From contig JBDHJS010000002.1 in the NCBI GenBank assembly GCA_039586795.1, positions 1 to 64,000 on the forward strand: a DNA stretch of 64,000 nt. The letters run 5' to 3'. Below are positions 1-9,914 of this stretch, piece after piece (position 1 is the stretch's first letter; every line of letters begins with the position of its first letter). Under the pieces are notes generated by a model that did not search any database, was not told the origin of the DNA, and was given only the letters and a program-made list of their open reading frames with translations. Position numbers and translations under genes: made by a program. The DNA is from Gemmatimonadota bacterium. Its GTDB lineage: Bacteria; Gemmatimonadota; Gemmatimonadetes; Palauibacterales; KS3-K002.

Positions 1-1
1 C

Positions 2-385
2 ACGCTATGCAGCGCCACCCAGGACCGGCAGGATGCCGTGATCCGCATGATGGAGTCACCGCCCGACATCATGATCGTCATCGGCGGTTACAACTCCAGC
101 AACACGAACCATCTCGCGCAGATCTGCGCTCAGCACACTCGCACCTATCATCTCGAAGACGCGACCTGCATCGACCCGGCCGCGGGGACGATAAATCACA
201 AGATAGTCGGAACCGATGATGTCGTTACCGAGGACGATTGGCTGCCTGACGGCACGGTCGTGGTAGGCTTGACTGCCGGGGCGTCAACACCGAACAACAA
301 GATAGGAGACACCGTAGAGAGGATCCTCGAGATGCGCGGGTTGACGCTCGACGACCTCTTTGCCAACGGCTCTCCCGAGAACTAG
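2..385 (+). CDS. ispH: 4-hydroxy-3-methylbut-2-enyl diphosphate reductase, C-terminal part (5' truncated by window edge)
   Basis: IspH/LytB motifs VIGGYNSSNT and VGLTAGASTP. Confidence 0.92.
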   Translation, partial: TLCSATQDRQDAVIRMMESPPDIMIVIGGYNSSNTNHLAQICAQHTRTYHLEDATCIDPAAGTINHKIVGTDDVVTEDDWLPDGTVVVGLTAGASTPNNKIGDTVERILEMRGLTLDDLFANGSPEN

Positions 386-856
386 CAGCGCCTGCGCCGC
401 ATCCCGCCCTCTGGCTCCCTCCGTTCTCACGCGCCGTAGCGCCAAGCCCAGTCCGATGACGATCGCATCCACCGCCTGCCGCTGACCGTCTCTATTCTGG
501 ATCGCGTCGCGCACGGATCCGCCGACCTCATCCGAGTTGAGTGTCCGGTTCAACGCGAAAGTAACGGCACCGGCGACAGGCCAGAGCACCGGATCCGTGT
601 CCAGATCGACGATGAGGGAATCGACCAGAAGTATCGCCGAGAGGTCCGACAGTCGGCTGTCGAGCCGCTCCTGCATCTCCACATCGCCACGCAACTCTGA
701 CGCGACGGTGTCGGCGATGGCTTCCTGCAGTAGCGCTCGGAACTCGTAGTACTCCGGTGGCACCGATGGCCTGGAGATCGGGCACGCCACGATCGCTGTT
801 GTCAGCGCAAACGCCAAAAGCGCCGAATACCTCCGAGCCACGGTCCGCGCGGTCAA
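284..856 (-). CDS. Hypothetical protein, possible lipoprotein
   Basis: N-terminal basic and hydrophobic stretch ending in a lipobox-like IVAC; start overlaps the permease stop; 3' end runs ~100 bp antisense into ispH, so the true end is uncertain. Confidence 0.5.
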   Translation of the reverse strand: MTARTVARRYSALLAFALTTAIVACPISRPSVPPEYYEFRALLQEAIADTVASELRGDVEMQERLDSRLSDLSAILLVDSLIVDLDTDPVLWPVAGAVTFALNRTLNSDEVGGSVRDAIQNRDGQRQAVDAIVIGLGLALRRVRTEGARGRDAAQALLVLGRAVGKEVVERQPAHLEDPLYGVSYLVVRC

Positions 857-3135
857 CCCAACGCTCTCTTGAGAAGCGATTTCACCGCACCTCCATACCG
901 CTTTACCACCAGCACCGCGGTTGGCGAGTAGCGAGCCACGCGCTCTGGGATCTCACCGAACAGCACCATCCGGAACCACGGTTCCTTTGCCGCACCGATA
1001 ACCACCAGATCGTAGTCCCGACTCGCCTTGGCGATCCCGCCAGCAACTGAGCTGGCCACTTCGGTCCGTCTAATGATGTCGATATCGTCGCTGAAATGAT
1101 CCACCGTCTGGTCCATCCACTTGTGAGCGCGAACCTGCTGTAGCTCTGTGGCATCCGGCGCGAGCACGTAGCAGACCGTTATCTCCATCCCGGTACGGCG
1201 CGCAATCAAGCTGAGGTACTCGGCGGCCCTGATCGCGTGGGGTCCTCCGGCGCTTGGGAACAGCGCGGTTCCTAGATCTTGACGTTCCGTCGTCTTTAGA
1301 ACCATCAGGTCGCATGGCGCGTGGCGAATGACCTGGTCGGTGACTTCGCCGAATATTCGCTCGCGAGTGTCCGTATACCCCTTCCAGCCCATGACGAGCA
1401 GATCGGCGACGTTTCTCTCCGTTGCGGTGAATAGACCGTCCTCCACGCGGTGAGCGATGATCACATCTGTTTCTACTCGTGCGCCACGTTCCTGACAGTA
1501 CGCCCTGGCATGTTTAAGCAGCGCATCGCGGTGGTGAACGAAGCGAAGGCCGTCGTGGATAGGAAGCTGCCGCGGAACTTTGATCACCGTTACGGCGATC
1601 ACCCGACCGTTCCGTTCCTGCGCGATAGGAATGGCGAAATCGAGCAGGGGCTCCACTGTCGCTGGATTATGCAGCGTGACCAGCACGGCGAAATCGCCAC
1701 CGGGCACCTGGTCCGGTTGACCCGGCACCAAAACCTGTGGTTTCACCGGCGCGGCCTGTTTCTCTGAATAGGCGAAATAGATGATCGCGCCCAGCGCGAC
1801 CCAGGCCGCCGTCACATACCAGGCGAGCGGTTGGAACTGAAACTGGTATGCGGCGAGGAAGACGTTGAGTCCGATTCCCAGAACCGGCGTGACCGGATAG
1901 AGCGGGACGCGGTACCTGCGTTTGAGCTCCGGCGCTTTGCGGCGCAGAACGATCACTGCCAGGTTCACCATCGCGAATGTGAGCAAGAAGATCAGGCTCG
2001 CCGCCGAACCCACGGCTTCGATCGGTAACGTCAGGGCCATCGCCAGCAGGATCACCCCGGTCGCAACGATCGCCACGTGGGGAGTTCGCTTCTGGGGGTG
2101 GATCTCCGCCATCGGCTTCGGCAGCCAGTTATCTCTTCCCATCGAGAACGCCACCCGCGACGATGCCATGATCGTCGCGTTGAGCGCTGACAGAGTGGAG
2201 AAGAGGCCACCGAATACAATCACCGCGACCCCGAACGCGGGCATGAAGTCCTCCGCCGCCCTCACGATCGCCGTCTCGCCGAACCGCCCCAGGAACTCCC
2301 ACGAGGCACTGGCCGCGGGCTGTACGGCGCCCAGCGAAACGAAGACGATGAGCAGGTACATCGTCACCGCTACGGCCAGCGAGATCATTGTAGCCCGCGG
2401 GATGTTTACTTCCGGCTGCTTTATCTCCTCCGCGACAGTGGCAATCAGGTCGTAACCTTCAAAGGCGATGAACGTGAGCCCCATCGCCACCAGCACGCCG
2501 CCCGTACCCTTCGGGAAGAACGGCGTGAACTCAGCGGATGCAGCGCCGGGGTCACCCAGCACCTTCTTTAGGCCGTAGAAGATGAAGATCGAGAGGATCG
2601 CCAGCTTGGCCAGCGTTAGCGCGTTCTCGGCCATCCCCGTCACCTCGGCACCGCGTACGTTCAGCCGGATGAAGAAGAAGCCGATCACGATCGTAACGAG
2701 GGCGACCGCGCCCCGTTCGCCGATCAGGTCGAACGCGACTCCCGCGAACTCCGGCATGTACTTGAGGAAGAACTCCCAGAAGTAGCCGGCGAAGCCCAGC
2801 GCGTAAAGGCTACAGGCAACCGTATAGGCGAACCAGAGCATCCAGCCGGCGATGAACCCGACCAGCCCGGGGAAAGCGCGACGCACGAAGGCATAGCCAC
2901 CGCCCGCCTCCGGCATGGCGGCGGCCAGCTCCACGTAGGCGAACGCGGTGAGGAGGGTGACGGCGCCGTTGAGGGCGAACGCCAGGATCGAAGCGGGGCC
3001 CGCTTCACCGGCGGCGATGCCGGTGAGCACGAAGATGCCGGCGCCGATCATGGCGCCGACGCCGATCATCGTGGCATCGAAAAGCCCGAGATCTCGGGCG
3101 AAACTGGCGCTTGGAGTGCTCGCGTTGGTGGCCAT
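853..3135 (-). CDS. APC-family amino acid permease fused to two C-terminal universal-stress-protein (USP) domains
   Basis: GAMIGAGIF and AFEGYD APC motifs, ~12 TM helices; USP-type ends 'DLLVMGWKG...FGEVTDQVIRHAPCDLMVLK' and 'DLVVIGA...FGEIPERVARYSPTAVLVVK'. Confidence 0.9.
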   Translation of the reverse strand: MATNASTPSASFARDLGLFDATMIGVGAMIGAGIFVLTGIAAGEAGPASILAFALNGAVTLLTAFAYVELAAAMPEAGGGYAFVRRAFPGLVGFIAGWMLWFAYTVACSLYALGFAGYFWEFFLKYMPEFAGVAFDLIGERGAVALVTIVIGFFFIRLNVRGAEVTGMAENALTLAKLAILSIFIFYGLKKVLGDPGAASAEFTPFFPKGTGGVLVAMGLTFIAFEGYDLIATVAEEIKQPEVNIPRATMISLAVAVTMYLLIVFVSLGAVQPAASASWEFLGRFGETAIVRAAEDFMPAFGVAVIVFGGLFSTLSALNATIMASSRVAFSMGRDNWLPKPMAEIHPQKRTPHVAIVATGVILLAMALTLPIEAVGSAASLIFLLTFAMVNLAVIVLRRKAPELKRRYRVPLYPVTPVLGIGLNVFLAAYQFQFQPLAWYVTAAWVALGAIIYFAYSEKQAAPVKPQVLVPGQPDQVPGGDFAVLVTLHNPATVEPLLDFAIPIAQERNGRVIAVTVIKVPRQLPIHDGLRFVHHRDALLKHARAYCQERGARVETDVIIAHRVEDGLFTATERNVADLLVMGWKGYTDTRERIFGEVTDQVIRHAPCDLMVLKTTERQDLGTALFPSAGGPHAIRAAEYLSLIARRTGMEITVCYVLAPDATELQQVRAHKWMDQTVDHFSDDIDIIRRTEVASSVAGGIAKASRDYDLVVIGAAKEPWFRMVLFGEIPERVARYSPTAVLVVKRYGGAVKSLLKRALG

Positions 3136-3222
3136 AGGAGCGACCTATTTTGGCCAGCGTTCTGATGCAGCGCAACGGATCCCTATTTGCAGGCGTCCCA
3201 CCGCAGGCCTAGCTTCGCAGCG

Positions 3223-4284
3223 ATGGACGAGAATCTGCTAGCGGGCAATCGAATTTGCGTTGTCTTGTTGAGCGGCATCGGCGACGTGGTGCACGGTCTG
3301 CCGGTGGTAAACGCGCTCAAACGGGATGCTCCCGAGCGTAATATCACGTGGGTCGTTCAATCGGAGCCGGCGCCGCTCCTACAGCCACATCCCTCGATCG
3401 ACCGAGTAATCACTTTCGATCGCAAGAAGGGTCTCTCCGACATTCGTCGGCTGTGGCGCGAGCTCAGGCCGCTCGAGTTCGATCTGGTCATCAACTTCAA
3501 CATCTACTTCAAGTCGATCATACCGACGTTCACCGCCCGGGCACCCGACAAGATCTCGTTCGGGCGCGACCGGGCGCGCGACCTGGTCTGGCTGTTCGCG
3601 AACCACCGGTTGTCCGCCCGACCGATCCGACACACGCAGGACCACTTTCTCGAATTCCTCGACTATCTGGCCATACCCGTCGAACCTCTCGAATGGAAGA
3701 TCTCGCTCACCGACGATGAGCGAGAACAGCAGCGCGAGTTCTTTGCGCGCTTCGACGATCAGTGTGTGGTAGGAATCGTGGCGACCACGGCTCGTCATGA
3801 GAAGGATTGGCAGACGGAGCACTTCGCCGACGTTGCGACGGCCCTGGAGCGCGACTTCAATATGAAAGTCGTCTTGCTTGGCGGGCCCGGCTTGCGCGAA
3901 CAGGCGCGTGCCCGGGCGCTGGCCGAACGAACCGAGGCGGACACCGAATGGGCACTGGGCGACGACTTGAGACGCCTGACCTATTTGGTGGACGGGTGCG
4001 ATCTGCTGATCGCGGGCGATACGGGACCCCTCCATATCGCCCGTGCCCTGGAAACGCCAGTCATCGGCCTGTTCGGCCACACCGATCCACGCCGCGCCGG
4101 TCCTTACCGCGCTTTCGAGGACCTGGTGGTCGATCGCTTCAATTTCGACGCGCCCGGCCAACCCGCCGATTTCAGCAGGCCCGGCGCGAGAGATCTGCGT
4201 ACGTCGCTGATATCCGTCGATGATGTGCTCGAGAAGGTGAGGCTGGCCGTCGAACGGCTGCCGTCGGACCGACCCCCCGCGTAG
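3223..4284 (+). CDS. Glycosyltransferase family 9 (LPS heptosyltransferase-like)
   Basis: LSGIGDVV and GDTGPLHIARALETPVIGLFG motifs; start placed at ATG 3223. Confidence 0.88.
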   Translation: MDENLLAGNRICVVLLSGIGDVVHGLPVVNALKRDAPERNITWVVQSEPAPLLQPHPSIDRVITFDRKKGLSDIRRLWRELRPLEFDLVINFNIYFKSIIPTFTARAPDKISFGRDRARDLVWLFANHRLSARPIRHTQDHFLEFLDYLAIPVEPLEWKISLTDDEREQQREFFARFDDQCVVGIVATTARHEKDWQTEHFADVATALERDFNMKVVLLGGPGLREQARARALAERTEADTEWALGDDLRRLTYLVDGCDLLIAGDTGPLHIARALETPVIGLFGHTDPRRAGPYRAFEDLVVDRFNFDAPGQPADFSRPGARDLRTSLISVDDVLEKVRLAVERLPSDRPPA

Positions 4285-5304
4285 CTACCGTGCCGCGATG
4301 CGGTCGGCTAGCGGGTCGAGGATTTCTTGCACGGCCGACACCTCGATCCCCTGCAGACAATCACAATCCAATCCGTCCCGGCAGCGCTCGCAGTCGGGAT
4401 CGTAGAGCAGCGCGTGGGCGTCGACGCCGACGGGTCCGTATCTCCGTGGGTGCGCTATGCCGATCGGCATGTAGAACCCGATGGCGCACTTGCCAAGAGC
4501 CGCGGCGATATGCAGCGGGCCGGTGGAAGCGCAGACCAGCGCATCAGCCGCATTGATGAAGCCGATCAGCTGCGGGAGAGACAGCACACCGACCAGTGAA
4601 GTCACGTTCGCTCTGTCGAACGGAAGCCGACCGCCAATCTTCTCCAAGTCGGCCTCGGTGCCCGTTACGAAGATCGCATACTTATCCGCCGGCAGACTCT
4701 CGATCAGATGCGTGTAGTTCCTGAGGCTCCAACCCTTCGAGCTGCCGCTCGTCATCGGATGAATGATGACGTTGAGTTTGTCCGTCGAGATCAGCGAAAC
4801 CAGGTCGGGCCGCAACGACTCGATCCTGTTCATGCCATAGAGCGCCGGTATCTCAGCCAGACTCGGTATGTCCGTTATACCGAACGGCTTGAGCAGTTTC
4901 ACGTTGAGCTGCGATTCGTGAAGCTCCGATTTCCGCCTGGTGAATCCGACGAGCTTGTTACAGTTCCAGATGTGATAAGCCCGATGGGAGGTACCTACGC
5001 GCTGCGGGATTCTCGCCCGGCGGGCCGCCGACGCGATCTCCGATCGCGGGAACACATGGATGATGACGTCGGCGCCCCTCAGGAAATCCGCCTGAGCCTG
5101 CTTACCAGCGTCGGCCACCTCATCCCAGGCCAGGAACGTATCGACGTGCTCGCAGCACTCGACGGCCGCCCGCGTGTACGAACGACCCAGAAAGACGACT
5201 TCTGATGACGGGTAGCGTTGTTTGAGGAGCGCGGCCAGCGGCATCGTCAGCACAACGTCGCCAATGGCGTCGGTTCTGCTGACGATGACCTTACCTACGT
5301 TCAC
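4285..5304 (-). CDS. Glycosyltransferase family 9 (LPS heptosyltransferase-like)
   Basis: RTDAIGDVVL and STGPLHIAAALG motifs; C-terminal Cys cluster. Confidence 0.88.
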   Translation of the reverse strand: MNVGKVIVSRTDAIGDVVLTMPLAALLKQRYPSSEVVFLGRSYTRAAVECCEHVDTFLAWDEVADAGKQAQADFLRGADVIIHVFPRSEIASAARRARIPQRVGTSHRAYHIWNCNKLVGFTRRKSELHESQLNVKLLKPFGITDIPSLAEIPALYGMNRIESLRPDLVSLISTDKLNVIIHPMTSGSSKGWSLRNYTHLIESLPADKYAIFVTGTEADLEKIGGRLPFDRANVTSLVGVLSLPQLIGFINAADALVCASTGPLHIAAALGKCAIGFYMPIGIAHPRRYGPVGVDAHALLYDPDCERCRDGLDCDCLQGIEVSAVQEILDPLADRIAAR

Positions 5305-5362
5305 GTGCTGAGTTTCCGCCGTTCTGGGCCCGTTGGTGTCTAACGCACAGCTACTTCAGCGT

Positions 5363-6679
5363 CTACTGGGCCGAATAAGCGACCCCGTAGTCGCCGTTCG
5401 CGGCGCCGCCGTTGACATGGATGTAGTACATGAACAGCGCTGACACCAGAAGCTGTGCCGTCCACAGGACGGCAAACGCCCTGGCGCCCCATCGTTCATC
5501 TCTATCGAGAAAGCGTGTCAACCAGATGCTAACCAACGGGAAGGCCATCGCCAGATAGTGCCTTTGCATCGGCACGCCCATGGCCGTGAGGAGAAGCCCG
5601 CAGCCCCAAAGATACGAACCGATCACCAACGATGAGTCTGATGATTTTCCGACGAACAGCCTGGACCAGTCTTCCCTCGTCGTCCAGAGACGCCGGGCAA
5701 CCAGGGTCAGTAGATACAGCGCGCACGCCACGAGGATCACGTGCAGTACGAGCACCAGGTAAGTAGGTCGGCTGCCGATGAGTGGATAGCGTAGGAACGG
5801 TGCGAAGTCCCCACCCAGCGCGCTCTGCGATACAAGTCCCGTGAAATTGCTGACCCAGTAGTTCCACCACTTGAAGTGGTACCAGGCCGAGATCTCGAAC
5901 GCGTACCGTGACGTTCCCCAACTCGTGCTCACCTTGATGAGCCACGGGACGAGGCCCAATGCTCCAACGACCGAACCGGCGACCCACGAAAACCAGTAGA
6001 TCTCCTTCCTTTGCGCGTCGAACAACACCGTCCACGCCACGACAGCCGCCGGCAGGAAAAGCGCCGGCATGTGAATCTGCCCTAGCAGTGCTCCGATGAA
6101 GCCCCAGAGGAACGCGGCGGACCAGTGTCGGTGTCGATACCACCAGCCAATCAGGAACAGCATGGCAAACAGGGGCAGTACGGACTGCGCCCAGATCTTA
6201 CGATCCCAAACAACTGAAAGCGGACTGACGCAGATGAGCGCCGCTCCCCAGACCCAGCCGCGACGCTCATCTTCGGGGATGGCTGTGAAGGCAAACAGGA
6301 AGAGAACGATGATCGCCAGGATACACAGGACCTGAACCCCGCGGGCCAGCCCCACCGGCGTGTCGGCTCCTGAGACCTTCTGCAGGCCGATGAAGACCCA
6401 TACGCTCAGGCCAGGATTCACCACGCGCTGTGACGATGTCATGCCGGTGGCCGGCCACGCTTCGCCTTGAGCGACGGCCTGCGTCATCTCGAACATCCAC
6501 CGCTCGTCGCTCTTGTACTCGATGTCGGCGGGAAACGACACGCGCAGTGCGGCGCCGATCACGAGCGCCGCGACCGCAAAGGTCAGCAGCCGTCTCTCAC
6601 GCAGGTAACTGAAAGCCGTCAGACCGGCGAACGTCGACATCGAGCTCCAGGTGATGACCTTTTCCAGCCGAGCTATCAT
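5363..6679 (-). CDS. Polytopic membrane protein, GT-C/ArnT-like glycosyltransferase candidate
   Basis: About 10-11 TM segments, acidic 'KSDE' after the first TM, located in an LPS cluster. Confidence 0.55.
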   Translation of the reverse strand: MIARLEKVITWSSMSTFAGLTAFSYLRERRLLTFAVAALVIGAALRVSFPADIEYKSDERWMFEMTQAVAQGEAWPATGMTSSQRVVNPGLSVWVFIGLQKVSGADTPVGLARGVQVLCILAIIVLFLFAFTAIPEDERRGWVWGAALICVSPLSVVWDRKIWAQSVLPLFAMLFLIGWWYRHRHWSAAFLWGFIGALLGQIHMPALFLPAAVVAWTVLFDAQRKEIYWFSWVAGSVVGALGLVPWLIKVSTSWGTSRYAFEISAWYHFKWWNYWVSNFTGLVSQSALGGDFAPFLRYPLIGSRPTYLVLVLHVILVACALYLLTLVARRLWTTREDWSRLFVGKSSDSSLVIGSYLWGCGLLLTAMGVPMQRHYLAMAFPLVSIWLTRFLDRDERWGARAFAVLWTAQLLVSALFMYYIHVNGGAANGDYGVAYSAQ

Positions 6680-6842
6680 CAGAATGGGCGCTCCAACCTA
6701 GGTCGCGGCATCAGACCGCGGCAAGCGGACCGTCAATAGCCGTTCTGGCGTTGCCGCCTCGCGTCGGCTCGCCTAAGCTTGGCCGGCGGCGTGAAGCCTG
6801 AAACGCGTGATCGGCCGGCCGCGTACCGATGTAAGGGGGGCT

Positions 6843-7613
6843 ATGAAGAACGTTCCGAATGGCTATCGAAGTGAGGAGCTTGGGAAGACTCAGATCGTGG
6901 CGCGTGAGGACGTGCTGGAGTTCGTCAAACACGCCATCAATGAGTCCAAGACGCTCTTCGATTACGCGGCGCGCCATCCGGACGCGGAGGCCGTCAAAGG
7001 CCGTCAAACGCTCTACATGATTCCCGGCCCCGGAGCGGTCCGCTGGGTCGTGCGACAGCTGAGCCACGGCGGCTTGTTGGCTCCCATCACACGCAAGCGC
7101 TTTCTGAAGAGCGACCGACCGCGGCCATTCAACGAGCTGCTGCTTTCCGTTCGCCTTCAGCAACTCGACATTCGCACACCCAACGTCGTCGCCGCCGTCG
7201 TCTACCCTTCCGGTCTTTCTTATGGCGGCGAAGTAGCGCGGGAGAAGATCGAGAACGCGCTTGACCTGGCCGATTGCCTGTTCGGCAAAGACGACCTAGA
7301 GCCGATGGAAAGGGCCGGCGCGCTGGCCGCGGCGGGACGCTTGATCGGCGAGCTACACCGGGAAGACGTTCTCCATCCCGACCTCAACCTCAAGAACATC
7401 CTGATTCAATCGCCCACGGGCCAACCGCGTGCCTATATCCTCGACATCGAGAAAAGCGAGATCGTGTCAGACCTGTCGGGATCCCAGCGCGAGAACATGC
7501 TGGCTCGCTTCAGCCGGTCTGCACACAAGTTCGAGCACCGCGCCGGTCGGCGGATCAGCGCGGACGAATGGAAGATCTTCAGGGCGGCCTACAAGGAAGG
7601 ACGCGTCCACTAA
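6843..7613 (+). CDS. Lipopolysaccharide kinase, Kdo kinase (KdkA)-like
   Basis: HGGLL motif, catalytic HPDLNLKNIL and ILDIEK; purine-rich SD before ATG 6843. Confidence 0.8.
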   Translation: MKNVPNGYRSEELGKTQIVAREDVLEFVKHAINESKTLFDYAARHPDAEAVKGRQTLYMIPGPGAVRWVVRQLSHGGLLAPITRKRFLKSDRPRPFNELLLSVRLQQLDIRTPNVVAAVVYPSGLSYGGEVAREKIENALDLADCLFGKDDLEPMERAGALAAAGRLIGELHREDVLHPDLNLKNILIQSPTGQPRAYILDIEKSEIVSDLSGSQRENMLARFSRSAHKFEHRAGRRISADEWKIFRAAYKEGRVH

Positions 7614-8662
7614 CCGTCCAGCAAGCCTCGAGCGACGGACCACACCTCCTCAGGATCAACCCCACGCAGACAACTCAAGTGGTCACAGTTCGAGATCGAG
7701 CATTTCCGGAACGGCTCCAGCTCCTGCGGCCCCCCATCCCGACAGGGCACTTCTACTCGCATGACGGGATGGCTGGCGCGGTCATAGGGGTGCCATTCGC
7801 CGACCTCCGTCGGCCCGAATACCGTCACGGATTTCGCCCCCAGAGCAACGGCAATGTGCTTAGGCCCCAGGTCGTTAGAGATGACCACTTCAGTACAACT
7901 AAGCACTCCCATCAACTCACGAAGCCCCAGGTCATCGAAGAGCGGCACGTCTCGCTCTTCACAGACGTCTCGCAATCTCCATTCCTCGGATAGGGCCCGA
8001 TCGACAAATACGGCTACAGGTCGCTGCTCAGCGACGATCTGGTCCAGCACGCGCAGCCAGAGGTCTCTCGGGTACCGCTTCATATAGGAACTGCCGCCAG
8101 GCAGTAGCCCCAACAGCTTGAAGTCATCACTCCCGAGCTCGGGGAAATGGCGACCCAGACGATCTCGAGCTGAAGAGGCCTCCCGATCACTGATCACGAG
8201 CCTCGTAGGTGGAGGCCGAACATCGATGCCGACAGCGCGCAGCAAGCGATGATCACGTAGAATCGCATCCTCGTACCTACCCGGGTCAGGCACCCCAAGA
8301 GTCGAGAAGCGTTGGTCGCCTTCCCGCTTGTGTTGGTAGAGCGCTCGGTCGGGTGCACCGAGCAGCGGTATCAGGTTGCACAGCGTGTTGGTGGCGTGAA
8401 ATCCGAGAGCAAGATCATAGCGCTGACGCCTGAGCGACAGAAGCGATCTGGCCAGCATGACGGTCCCGCGTCCTGAGACCGTGTGAATCCGATCGATCCA
8501 TGAGACCTCCCGCAACACCGGCTCCGCAAAATCTCTCACCAGCACATCTAGCTTCGCGTCGGGATATGCACCGCGCAGACTCTGCAGCGCGGACGTCCAG
8601 ATGACGGCGTCGCCAATCTCGCGCAGTTTGATTGCCAGGATGTTTCGGTAACGCTCAGACAT
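7610..8662 (-). CDS. Glycosyltransferase family 9
   Basis: KLREIGDAV and SNDLGPKHIAVALGAKSVTVFGPT motifs; start placed at MSERY (8662). Confidence 0.87.
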   Translation of the reverse strand: MSERYRNILAIKLREIGDAVIWTSALQSLRGAYPDAKLDVLVRDFAEPVLREVSWIDRIHTVSGRGTVMLARSLLSLRRQRYDLALGFHATNTLCNLIPLLGAPDRALYQHKREGDQRFSTLGVPDPGRYEDAILRDHRLLRAVGIDVRPPPTRLVISDREASSARDRLGRHFPELGSDDFKLLGLLPGGSSYMKRYPRDLWLRVLDQIVAEQRPVAVFVDRALSEEWRLRDVCEERDVPLFDDLGLRELMGVLSCTEVVISNDLGPKHIAVALGAKSVTVFGPTEVGEWHPYDRASHPVMRVEVPCRDGGPQELEPFRKCSISNCDHLSCLRGVDPEEVWSVARGLLDG

Positions 8663-8744
8663 GGATTCCAAGCTAGGTACGCCCGGCGCGGCGCGGCAAG
8701 AACGGACTCGACGCGAGCGGGATAACCTGCCACTTTGTTCTGCC

Positions 8745-9650
8745 ATGAAGACCTGCGTAGTGACGAGCGCCAACGCGAACTTCTTTCCCTACCTCGAGGA
8801 CTTGGTTCGGTCGATCCGCGACCGGCCGCAATCGAATGCCGTTGATCTCTGCGTGCTGGACGTTGGGCTCTCTGAAGAGAATAGGTCGTGGCTCGCTCCG
8901 CTCGCGGCCTCCATCGTGGGGCCCGGATGGGATCTGCGAAGATCGAGCGACGAAAAAGCACCAGAGCACGAAAAATCTCTGCGCAGCCGCCCGTTCCTAC
9001 CGGAGCACTTCCCTGGTTATGACGTCTACGTGCACATCGACGCCGATGCGTGGGTGCAGGATTGGTCGGCCATCGACCTCCTCGTTCAGGCCGCTTCCAC
9101 AGGAGCTCTGGCCATCGTGCCAGAGGTGGATCGCGCCTACCCCGCGTTCGACACCAAGCTCAAAGTCGAGCGAATCATGGGCGTTCCCTACCGAATCTCA
9201 TCCGGCGGCTGGCGCCGCTACAAGGACATCTACGGTCGGCAGGTTGCGGACCGGCTGATTGATCAGCCCACGCTCAATGCCGGCGTCTTCGCGCTGGCGG
9301 CGAACGCACCGCATTGGCAGGCCTGGCGCGAGCAGTTTCAGCTCGCTCTGGAACGATCGCGTCGAAGTGGGCTGGATCAACTGACGCTCGAGTACCTGAC
9401 GTACGGTCTGAGAATGCCGGTTGAGCTTCTTCCCGCGACCTGCAATTGGGTCGCTCACCGCTCGATTCCCAAGTACGACGTCACTCGAAATCGCCTTGTC
9501 GAGCCGTATTTGCCGCACCGGGATATCGGCATCCTTCATTTGACGCTGGGAAGCAAAGACGAAGAGAGGGAGATTCAAACGCTGGACGGCAAGACGATCA
9601 CATCGACGCTTCGTTACTCGGGAGCCTGGCGAACGCACTCCGCTGACTAG
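8745..9650 (+). CDS. GT-A fold glycosyltransferase (GT8-like)
   Basis: DxD motif (HIDADAW), NAGVF and DQ motifs; start MKTCVVT. Confidence 0.7.
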   Translation: MKTCVVTSANANFFPYLEDLVRSIRDRPQSNAVDLCVLDVGLSEENRSWLAPLAASIVGPGWDLRRSSDEKAPEHEKSLRSRPFLPEHFPGYDVYVHIDADAWVQDWSAIDLLVQAASTGALAIVPEVDRAYPAFDTKLKVERIMGVPYRISSGGWRRYKDIYGRQVADRLIDQPTLNAGVFALAANAPHWQAWREQFQLALERSRRSGLDQLTLEYLTYGLRMPVELLPATCNWVAHRSIPKYDVTRNRLVEPYLPHRDIGILHLTLGSKDEEREIQTLDGKTITSTLRYSGAWRTHSAD

Positions 9651-9910
9651 GCCAGACGCTCGCGCACTTCCTTCTCCGTTAGTCCTTCTATTTCGATCAG
9701 CTTGTCCCGACCCTGCGCGCCTTTGACAACCTCCAGCGCTGATTTGGACAATCCCAATCGCTTTGCTAGGAACGCGATCAACTCCTTGTTCGCCGCGCCT
9801 TCGACAGGTGGCGCCGCTACTCGGATCTTAACAGCGTCGCCGTGACGGCCAGCGACCTCGGTGCGCGAGGCCCTCGGCTGTACCCTGACCGCGATACGAA
9901 CGGCGGACAC
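9647..9910 (-). CDS. DUF167 / YggU family protein
   Basis: VRVQPRAS...APPVEGAANKEL signature. Confidence 0.9.
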   Translation of the reverse strand: MSAVRIAVRVQPRASRTEVAGRHGDAVKIRVAAPPVEGAANKELIAFLAKRLGLSKSALEVVKGAQGRDKLIEIEGLTEKEVRERLA

Positions 9911-9914
9911 TCTC

